A DNA stretch of 63,971 nt, filler included, from Octopus bimaculoides (Eukaryota): the NCBI RefSeq assembly GCF_001194135.2. It is 8 parts of 8 records of this genome, joined end to end, with 100 filler letters (N's around TTAATTAATTAA, not from the genome) between each part and the next. Parts side by side here need not be neighbours in the genome. Positions count along the whole stretch, not along the records: positions 37,447 to 53,244 come from NC_069005.1; positions 53,345 to 60,464 come from NC_068989.1; positions 60,565 to 62,711 come from NC_068998.1; 5 more parts are not named here. One strand, 5' to 3'. Under the pieces are notes generated by a model. The model did no database searches and had not been told where the DNA came from. It was given only the letters and a program-made list of their open reading frames with translations. Within the stretch, counting starts at the first letter, position 1. Each line of letters opens with the position of its first letter. This document shows, in pieces, positions 52,296 to 62,711 of the stretch. The position numbers were made by a program, and so were the translations under genes.

Positions 52296-52716
52296 TTATG
52301 ATTGGTTTGACTCAGTTTCATTCTTATTTTTGGTGGAATTTATGTGATTAGCTTAGGTATTCACAAGATTTCAATAGTCTTTTAAGTGCTTAGAACCCCA
52401 CTGATAATATTTCCTGTCCCTAAAGAAGCAAACTTTCTGTAGAAGCTCTGTGGGACATTGTATTCTAATCTCCATCAATCATTTGTCTATATTTTCACTT
52501 GCAGTTTCCAATGCACCACTTATTATAGGCACAACCTTTACAGTTTTCATATTTCAATGTTGCCATTTCAATTTTCAATTTTAAGGGTTTGTATTTTTTT
52601 TATTTTTTGTCCTCTTTCTTGACAATCCTGGCATTAAATGGATATGGTGAATCAATTAGTAAGCAACTTCATTTTTCCTTATCTATTATTGTTATGTTTG
52701 ATTTATTATTATTCTT

Positions 52717-52931
52717 ATGGTGGCAAGATGGCAGAATTGTTAGCGTGCCGGGTGAAATGTTTAGTGGTATTTCGTCTGTTGCTATGTTCTAAGTTCAAAT
52801 TCTGCTGAGGTCGACTTTGTCTTTCATCCTTTCGATGTCGATAAATTAAGTACCAGCCAAGTACTGGGGTCGATGTGATTGATTGTCCCCCTCCCCACAA
52901 AAATCCATTCCTAATGCCTATAATAGAAAGG
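52717..52931 (+). mobile_element. SINE family A
   Basis: Head GGTGGCAAGATGGCAGAAT; its (ATT)n tail is shared with the Dong 3' end on the opposite strand. Confidence 0.85.
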
Positions 52932-52982
<51 letters not shown>

Positions 52983-53244
52983 TTATGTTTGACTTTTGTT
53001 TTGCATTTGTACAAGTTGGATCCAAGTCTCACCCAGAGACCTCAAGAGACAACAAGTTAGAAGTTCATGTAGGTGTTATGCCTAGGGTACCATATATTTG
53101 GATTTGTACAGTTTTGTTCTAGTGAATGTTTAAGAAACCATAAGAAAATTGTGTTTGCTTTAAAATTTGAGATCACATAGACAGTATTTTACGTAGGATA
53201 TGGGCAGTTCCCATGAGCACTATCTTTTGAACTTCAGCCATTTT
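52983..53244 (-). mobile_element. R4/Dong 3' end
   Basis: KMAEVQKIVLMGTAHILRKILSM* plus UTR, ending in the (ATT)n tract at 52931-52982. Confidence 0.88.
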
Positions 53245-56200
53245 NNNNNNNNNNNNNNNNNNNNNNNNNNNNNNNNNNNNNNNNNNNNTTAATTAATTAA
53301 NNNNNNNNNNNNNNNNNNNNNNNNNNNNNNNNNNNNNNNNNNNNATATATATATATATATACATTTGTATCTATCTGTATTCTATATATTTATATGTTCA
53401 TTGTATACGCACACATATAATAAAATTATTCACTTGCATACGAGCACGCACTCATACCCATTTACACACGTATGTGAACAAAACAAATTCATGCGTTGCT
53501 AACCTACTTGATTTATCAACGTTTCACATTCACCTAACTCTTAAATACTAAATTAAGGTGTTTTCCTTCATAAACAAAATTGAAATCGATAGTAAATAGT
53601 GAGTGACAGACTGTCTCATCGAAGAATTTACTCTAACAGCTGAATACGTGTTCTCCCGGAGTCATTTGATTTAGTGTGTGCTGTACACTATCTGCCAATG
53701 AAATAGCTTTCGTACCATTATTTGATTTTCCGTTAGACACAACTATTAGGAAACTGTTGTCTTCAGTTTTCACAAAATGGCAGCTAAAATCTAGAAGTGT
53801 CTTAATGAGATAGGCTTCTGTCTGCAATGTATTTGACAGGGCACATTTATCAATATTTTAGGCTGTACCCTATTTACTAGCCTAATTAATGACTATTTTA
53901 TAATCAATTGATCTGTGCTATTGACTGGGAGAGGAAGATATATATGTCCCCGAGGAGTAGTCAACAATCCGTAAAACGGTTCTTCAGGAGACTCGTCCCA
54001 TTTTCCTCGTTATATGTAGAATAAAATGTATTTCCATTCTTATTAATATTTAATTAACATTTAGGTTTTATGTTATTTTAAATTTAGAGTGGTTTGATTT
54101 ATGCATTCTTTACCAGTTTTATATGTTAAACATTTGGTCAGGAAATTTTTTTAAAAATTGAGTTAATGATATTTATTCTCTTAAACGCAACTTGATGATA
54201 TCAAATCATTTCACAATGGGTTAAAATCACGCCTCCAAGTAAAAGATTTATTGACCAAAGTTCTGTTTACTATTTCCTATAACTCTCTTTACCGATCGTC
54301 AAGTTATAACTCGTTAACAAAACATTCATATAATTTATAAACACCTCTTACTTGACAAATATTCTAAGTATTCAGGCAAAAATTCTTATCACCATATTTC
54401 TGACTTATTCGCAGACATTTTATCAATTTTTAACCAAAATTTATTCCAAGCTGCAAAATTTGTTTAAATATACACAATAGAAAACTATATATTGCTTGAT
54501 ACTTCCACAAATTCTATTCATTTTCTATACATGAAGACATTCACAAACATATGTATATATAATGCTGTCTCAGAATCGTTGCGCTTCATTATTTTTATAT
54601 ATTATTTATTTTATACAATTAATAAACCTAGCTCAATGTGTTTTCTTACATCCTGAAATTCTATTGTTAATCTTGTTTCTATAAAATATATTTTCAAAAA
54701 CTTGAAAATTTAAATGGAGCTAAGGACATTGAATTGCATTCCCCAAATCATGTCTATAGAATCGAGATACGAAATAATGGTGTCTTTTAATAATTAGGTG
54801 ATACAGTGAATGACTGGATTTTGTAATTGGCGGAGTTTGCTTGCTAACTTTAGTAGAGCTGTTTGGGTGTCTGAGAGAATACTTCGCGAAACTTGTTCCG
54901 ACTCTTCGAACTTTAACTTAAAATCCAGCTAGGGTTAACTTTAATTTTCATCCTTTCAATGTCGATAATAAGCACTAGTTCAGGGCAGTAGATTGGCGGA
55001 ACTGCAGGAATACCGGTGCAGTTTCCTTGTAATATCTGTTGCAGTTCTTTGAAATATATTCCCACTGGTCTATATGGGTGATAGATTTAAAGCATCGTCC
55101 GTCTGGTATCTTAGATTTGAAGCATTCGAGTTAATTTTCAAATTTGAAGATAATATACTTCCTGTCATCCACCAGTGTCAGAGATTCTTCAAGAAGTTAC
55201 AGGTACTGCCTTCTCTACTGACTAAAAGAAAGAAATGAAATGGCAATGTTCAAAGCTAACGTTCATGAAAATTTGTATATACATTATGGAATTACGTATG
55301 TAATTGCGAATTCCAAGAAAACTGATCCGGGTCTATGTTGGCAAAAAATCAAAAAATTCATAGAATATTTATCAGTTAAATTGTCGTAATATTAGAAAAT
55401 CTGCTGTTTTAGTTTCTTAAGTTTCAACAGAAATTTAGCAAATACGAAGCTCATAATTGCTTCTCTCTTGGCAACAAATTATCTTGCCATGGGCCTTCAA
55501 CGCATTCATGAAGTCCGAATGGTACCGATGTGCATACGGAGTTTCATGGGTTTCATTAAGCCAAACAGCGCCCATCTCTTTCTATGTCTGCCCACAGCGA
55601 CGAAGTGAAGCAGAAATAAAAATGAGGGCAGGAGAAGTGATTCCAATACAGAACTACTGTTTGATTTTATCGGCCCCAACTAGTTAGAAGGAGAACTTCA
55701 CAAGAGAGTGTTTTGAAGTCAAACGACAATAGGAGGGAGCGAATAACGCAAAGTACTCGATCCAACGCCTTTGTGGTCTAGACGATTGATCACTTGAACA
55801 AAATATACATACGTCGTAGAATACAAGTAAGATACAAAGTTCGTACAACGATTACAAGCTTCCATTTGCAGCATCTTATATAATCATATATCTAATGTAT
55901 CTATTTGATGTGGTGTAAGCTATGTGATACCCTTATGTCACTAATCGTATATTATATAAATTTGAATATCATCTATTTTAAGATGGTTGATTGTAATTCA
56001 GCGGTAATTTGGCTGCCATTTCTAGCCGATGGAGCAATCAAGTAGAGGCATACTTAAGTAAATAGAATACTGCTGATAATTAAAGGCGGCAAACAACAAC
56101 TCAGAGCATCTGTACGAATGTGATTCTGGGATGTGTAACTGGAACTTAGTCAATTGGTACATTCAGATCTAATGGTAGGCACCTTTACGTTATATATATA

Positions 56201-57310
56201 TCAGAACTAATGGCTGCATGAGATTGATCATAAGTACATGCTACTGACAAAAGCTATGGATGCAGAAATGCACATTTGACATTCCCACCCATGTTGCTTG
56301 ACACATTTCATCTGCTATACACGTGTGTGTGTGTGTGTTTTTTTAATGCAGTACGTCCATAAAAGATATAGTATCCGAACCAGTATGCCAGTAAAGTTGT
56401 TTTTTCGTGATCTATTTACATTTCGTATGAAATAGAGATGACTTCTTAGTGTAATACTGCTTCTATTGCATATACGATTTTTATTCGATTTGGCGGCTAA
56501 TTGCAACACCCATAATTGTTTAATCACAGTTTTTGCTGTATCAATGGCGACAGACTCTGTGTTAGGGTGCGGTTGGTTGTGAGTACATGCTACTGATAAA
56601 ACTGAACAAAGCAGAAAGACATATCTATGACGCTCATCTCGCTGTTGAACGACTTGCTTCTACCAAAAGATATATTTGTGTTTTTAAACGCAGCACGTCC
56701 TAAGCGATATTTTTCTTGCGATGTTTCCGCACGAAGTATGATAAACATACATACACCCAACCACCCGCCACACAGACGCGTACACACACACACACTCATA
56801 TTTATATATAAATAAGAATATTTCTTTCAAAAACGTAAACCGAGTCCGAAAGTCTAGACAGGAAGCATCTCTTTAAAAATTATAAAAAATGAAAAACATA
56901 TCACTAATAAAAACTAAATGAATTTTCTATAAAACGATCTTACAAGAGTGCATACGTTAAAGCAAAAGTATATATATAACAAGGATAAACAGACAGAAAA
57001 ATAATTCAATGAATTAAAAAAGCTCATAGATTATTTCAACAAACGCTCTCCTAAGAAGTAGATATGAAAGCTAACGGATATTACGATATATATTTATAAA
57101 TTAAACAGGTGTTGTTACAGGATAAATGAAAAATATATAATGTACAAAATAAAACGACGAATTAATTAAATCTTAAGAAATAAATAATCAATCATTTCTC
57201 TAAACTCATGTCTCTCTTTCAGCACTTGTGAGTAATTGTTTTCTTTATATTTTATTTGGTACACACACACACAACTATATACTGTACTTATATATATATA
57301 TATATATATT

Positions 57311-58305
57311 GAACTTTGGCAGTAATTACAGCTTGAATTCTACGAGTTATGGACTCGTACAAAGTTTGAATTATTTCCAAAGGAATTTTTGTCCTTTCTT
57401 CAGCTAAAACACTCTCCAGTTCTTGTAGTGATGATGTTGGAGGATATCGATTCTTTACTTGTTTTTCTAAAATGTACCACAAACGTTCAGTAATATTGAG
57501 ATCTGGGAACTGTGGTCGGCAGATAAGAACTTCAGTAAAATGTTCCTCGCGCCATTCAGTAACAACTTTAGCTGTGTGAATTGGTGCATTATCATCCTGA
57601 AAAGTTGCGTTTCCCACGGGAAACAGTTCCGCAACCATAGGATGAATTTGATCAGATAAAATGCTTAAATAGTCTTGACTATTAATTCTGCCATGAAGAG
57701 AAACCATTGGGCAGGCGGATTTCCAAAATATAGCACCCCAGATCAACACAGATCCACTTCCATGTTTAACAGTTGGAAGAAGGCAGTCTGGATCAAATGC
57801 TTCTTTTGGCTGTCTCCACACGTATACTTGGCCGGTGGTCGGAAATAAGGTAAAGGATGACTCGTCCGAAAAAATAACATTCTTTCACCGCTGTAGGGAC
57901 CAATTTTGTAGGTTTTTACTCCACAATAAACGCTTTGCAACGTTTGGTTTTGAAAGTTGTGGTTTTCTGATTGCAGCTCTCCCGTGAAATCCGGCTTTGT
58001 GCAGCTCCCGGCGAACAGTTTTTGTGGAAACTGGGATCTCGAGGTGGTCATTAAGCTCTGCAATAATTTTGGGAGCTGTACTTTTGTGACCTGTTCTAAC
58101 AATTCGCATAAGTGTCTGATGGTCCGTATCTGAAAGTTTTGGTTTTCTTCCGGAGTTTTGTTCCGACGAGGAGGTTTTTCCCTCTTTCTCAAAGGCAGTC
58201 ATTACTTTCGAGACAGTACTTCTTGATACACCGAACATTTCGACTGTTTTCGTTATGCTGTCCGATAGATCTTTCATTTTAATGAATTTCAATTACCTTT
58301 TGCTT
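57311..58305 (-). mobile_element. Tc1-family transposase relic
   Basis: One reading frame from ATG 58277 with a TGA at 57885-57887 where Trp is expected. Paired-like N-terminus (GVSRSTVSK, SGRKPKL), FSDES, VKHGSGSVLIWG, QDDNAPIH and PDLNITERLW. The 3' end is lost in a (TA)n tract and the 5' end runs into a gap. Confidence 0.95.
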
Positions 58306-58785
58306 NNNNNNNNNNNNNNNNNNNNNNNNNNNNNNNNNNNNNNNNNNNNNNNNNNNNNNNNNNNNNNNNNNNNNNNNNNNNNNNNNNNNNNNNNNNNNNN
58401 NNNNNNNNNNNNNNNNNNNNNNNNNNNNNNNNNNNNNNNNNNNNNNNNNNNNNNNNNNNNNNNNNNNNNNNNNNNNNNNNNNNNNNNNNNNNNNNNNNNN
58501 NNNNNNNNNNNNNNNNNNNNNNNNNNNNNNNNNNNNNNNNNNNNNNNNNNNNNNNNNNNNNNNNNNNNNNNNNNNNNNNNNNNNNNNNNNNNNNNNNNNN
58601 NNNNNNNNNNNNNNNNNNNNNNNNNNNNNNNNNNNNNNNNNNNNNNNNNNNNNNNNNNNNNNNNNNNNNNNNNNNNNNNNNNNNNNNNNNNNNNNNNNNN
58701 NNNNNNNNNNNNNNNNNNNNNNNNNNNNNNNNNNNNNNNNNNNNNNNNNNNNNNNNNNNNNNNNNNNNNNNNCTCTCTCTCTCTC

Positions 58786-58822
<37 letters not shown>

Positions 58823-59075
58823 ATTTATCTATCTATCTATCTCTTCACCCCTTTCTTACTGTCTCTATGTGTGTCTCTTTACTTCTCTAACAATTTGAAA
58901 TCTTCAGCACACGGCTGGAATGCGTATCATTTGCCTGCTTGAAGAGGTCATATATTTCTACCCAGCCATTCATTGAATGCAGATCTCAAGAAATTCGCAA
59001 ATATCGCTTTAAGGCTGCATGTATCTTTACTTACGTTACTACCTTGTAATGTATTAATCTAACACCGTTTCAACA

Positions 59076-59143
<68 letters not shown>

Positions 59144-60214
59144 AGTGTATCTGTCTATTTGTCTGTTAGTCAGTGTGTCTGAATATCTGACTGTCTTTGT
59201 GTCCATTTATCTCGCTCTGACCAAAATGTGGTATCTTTAACATAGCCTATTCACTTGCTCACACTCCTGCGTATATAGAGCAATCACCGATTGTGATTTT
59301 AAAAGGGCTATGTTAAAAGTTTTGATAAGTTAAAAGGCCTCGATAAATATCTTGAAAAAAAGCCATGGACAATGAATAGTTTGCATTGCTACGTACAGTT
59401 CCAAATTCAAAAAGTCACATACTCATATCTTTTCATAACGATGAATTGGAAGAACTGTTAGAACCTCCAAGAAAACAGTTGGTGGTATTATTTCTGATTG
59501 TCTGCGCTCTGATTTCAATTCCGCAGATGCCTACTTTACCTTTTATCATTTCGCGGTCGATACAATTTGACAATCCAATCTGGAATTTGGCGGAACTGTA
59601 AGAAGATGGAATCGGAGGTCTTCATGTATTTGTTTCGGCTCTGGACGTTCCCAGTTCATAACCCACTATGGCTTATGTGGGTGACAAAATTAATCCGTTA
59701 CGCGATTTAAAACCCTTTATCGGAATCCATTTTGTTTTAAGCATTTAAGGCTGATTTCCAGTTTGAGAAATAGTTTCTTCAACTTGCTTTTTTAAGCAGA
59801 GATGCCACACCAGTTAGGGCCCTCGTCACACAAGTGAACTGCAACTGGTACTGCTTCAGTATTTTCTTATAACTGAGTTATAATTTTAATACTTCAATAA
59901 TAATTATTATATTTCATGCCTTAGAAAAACTCATATATTCTTCTTTTATCCCGCAATTCCGACACTCTGTTTAATTAGAGATCTGAAATTTTTAGCATGT
60001 GTAGACACATGGACATGTTTCTTTTATCGAATTGGAGGGCGCCACCCGCTCCGAAGTGAGTCTTGCAGACTTAGACATATCTTCTGATATTGTGTTCTAG
60101 TTGTATTTAATGAGTTTTCTGCAATTGATAGCGATATTTTTGATACACACAGAACAAAAAACAGTAGAGAAGAGTAAAAAAACCACTTGCCTTTAGTTAA
60201 TTTAGTACGATCGT

Positions 60215-60464
60215 TTCACAGTTAAGAGCAAAGAATACTCTATTCTGATCTTCAGCTAAATATTCTAATAAATTTGTTAATGTCTAAATAACTCACGTTA
60301 ATTTTGACCATGCGACATCAAGACCGATAAATTTCTTAACGTCTTCCTCACGTGGTCTTGATGTCGCATGGTCAAAATTAACGTGAATTATTTAGACATT
60401 AACAAATTTATTAGAATATTTAGCTGAAGATCAGAATAGAGTATCCTTTGCTCTTAACTGTGAA
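60215..60464. repeat. Near-perfect palindrome, 111-bp arms and 28-nt loop
   Basis: 60215-60325 versus 60354-60464; two transition mismatches. The right arm is cut by a linker. Confidence 0.9.
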
Positions 60465-60570
60465 NNNNNNNNNNNNNNNNNNNNNNNNNNNNNNNNNNNN
60501 NNNNNNNNTTAATTAATTAANNNNNNNNNNNNNNNNNNNNNNNNNNNNNNNNNNNNNNNNNNNNTATATA

Positions 60571-60625
60571 CAGTAATTCCTCGACTATCGCGGGTGTTGC
60601 GTTCCAAAAGCACCCGCGATAGGAG
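60571..60625 (+). mobile_element. pogo/Tigger-like MITE left end
   Basis: TA|CAGTAATTCCTCGACTATCGCGG followed by the hairpin ATCGCGGGTG..CACCCGCGAT. No matching right end found. Confidence 0.55.
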
Positions 60626-61262
60626 AAAATCCGCGAAGCAGAAACAGTACTCTAATGTATATTTTTTTTCATCATTTTTATAATTTGTGTATATTTATTT
60701 AATTATAAATACAAAACAACACCACGGAGTAATCGAAGTAAACGTATGTGTGAGCCCCCGCGTGTGTGTAAATATAATTTTATCGCAAGCGACTTCAAAG
60801 TTTCCCCTAATATATCTGAAGAGGTTCATCACAAACGAAACACCGTAGTCATTCTTAATACGTTTATTTTAAATCCCTGACCCTACAATTATAACGTCTG
60901 CGTCCTCTTTTTTTGCAGTTAATGCTTATATTTTGTTAATGCTGATAAAAAAGACAAAAACACCCATTAGCTACATATTGGCGTTATGTAAGCCAATATG
61001 ATCCACATCTGAACGAGGCAGTGACGTGATAGTCAGGTGACTGTTATTTCTAGCCTCGTTTCTCAGTTGCTTTACATATACAAGTGTTTGTATCTATATG
61101 TCTGTATGCGTACCTTTTTGTGCGCGCGCGCGTGTGTGTGTATGCGTGCCTTTTTGTGCGTGTGTGCGTGCGTGTCCTGCTATTGAGTGACCAAACACTG
61201 GGAGGAAGTTAATTGCTTTCTCTTCTTGACTAGCATCATGCTGTAAGATGACAGTTTGGAAT

Positions 61263-61858
61263 AAGGTGGTGGTGTTGGTGCTGGTGTTGTTGTTGTTGTT
61301 GTTGGTGGTGGTGGTAGTGGTGATGGTGTAGTGGTTGTTGTTGGTGGTGGTGGTATTGGTGTTAGTGGTGGTGGTTGTGGTGGTGGTGTAGAAGTTGTTG
61401 TTGTTGTTGGTGGTGGTGGGTTTGTTAGTGGTGATGGTAGTGGTGGTGTTATTAGGGGTGCTGGTGGTAGTGGTGGTAATGGTAGTGATGATGGTTGTGG
61501 TGGTGGCGTTGAAATTGTTGTTGNNNNNNNNNNNNNNNNNNNNNNNNNNNNNNNNNNNNNNNNNNNNNNNNNNNNNNNNNNNNNNNNNNNNNNNNNNNNN
61601 NNNNNNNNNNNNNNNNNNNNNNNNNNNNNNNNNNNNNNNNNNNNNNNNNNNNNNNNNNNNNNNNNNNNNNNNNNNNNNNNNNNNNNNNNNNNNNNNNNNN
61701 NNNNNNNNNNNNNNNNNNNNNNNNNNNNNNNNNNNNNNNNNNNNNNNNNTAGGGGTCATGGTGGTGGTGGTGGTCGGTTTGTTAGTGGTCATGGTAGTGG
61801 TGGTGGTGGAGGTGTTGTTGTTTCTGTTGTTGGTGGTGGTGGCGGCGGCGATGGTGGT
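61263..61858. repeat. Compound (GGT)n/(GTT)n repeat spanning a gap
   Basis: Direct reading; includes a repeated GGTTTGTTAGTGGT unit. Confidence 0.9.
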
Positions 61859-62420
61859 GGAAACTGAAACGGGGTGCAAGAACGACTCGCGATGGGGGAA
61901 TTGGTCTTTTTTTATTTATTCCCATCCCACTCTCCAGCCCAATCACCAATTTACTCCACACTCATCTCCTCAATATGTTGCAGTTTCCGGCCAATATACA
62001 ATTAATATCACACATCATTTATACAAAAAAATCACCCCAAGTTTTTGACTCAGCTTTTCACATGTCCAGTTTTAACGTTATCCGCACGGAACTGTTAGTG
62101 AGACGTTGAGCAAGCATTGTAAACCGAAGCCATACTAAGTAAATCGCTGAATACGCTGTTGTTTCTTTCTCTTCTTTTCATTAAAGGACATCGGCTGCAA
62201 GATTACATAAAGATACGAGGAAGTCTTACGTTTTTTTTCCGTTTTATTTTTTGCCTTCTTTTCTTTTGCTAACCAGCTTACTACTTGGAAAGATTGCGGT
62301 TGAATATCGTTTTAGCGTTAACGATTGCAGCCGACGGCTATTTAGTATTGCTGGCTTGTACGCTGCCGTATAAATTGTACGCCACTCTTGGTTGTTAAGC
62401 TACACATATATATATATATA

Positions 62421-62711
62421 GTGACTGTGTGGTAAGTAGCTTGCTTACCAGCCACATGGTTCCGGGTTCAGTCCCACTGCGTGGCACCTTGGGCAAGTGT
62501 CTTCTACTATAGCCTCGGACCGACCAAAGCCTTGTGAGTGGATTTGGTAGACGGAAACTGAAAGAAGCCTGTCGTATATATGTATATATATATATATATG
62601 TATGTATGTGTGTTTGTGTGTCTGTGTTTGTCCCCCACCATCGCTTGACAACCGATGCTGGTGTGTTTACGTCCCCGTAACTTAGCGGTTCGGCAAAAAA
62701 GAGACCGATAG
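62421..62711 (+). mobile_element. SINE family B
   Basis: Well-preserved, CpG-intact copy cut by a linker. Further copies at 33374-33421, 46365-46720, 62812-63215 and 63784-63971. Confidence 0.9.

Noticed and set aside
53633-53827. 64-aa minus-strand ORF with a ttgcag acceptor
   Set aside because: No recognisable family, ends in a stop and has no partner exons; not the missing paxillin exon.
55457-55687. GC-richer stretch with open frames on both strands
   Set aside because: No motif or splice structure I can support.
56233-56702. Shared blocks AGTACATGCTACTGA and GCAG(T/C)ACGTCC about 350 bp apart
   Set aside because: Likely a decayed local duplication; too little to interpret.
4330-58890. 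Long ORFs of 130-480 aa in the track
   Set aside because: They stay open only because they run through N gaps or TA/CA/AAT microsatellites (poly-X, YI, HT, poly-I).
61094-61879. Thr/Asn-rich mucin-like or Gly-rich ORFs
   Set aside because: Compound GGT/GTT repeat across a gap; open in several frames on both strands.
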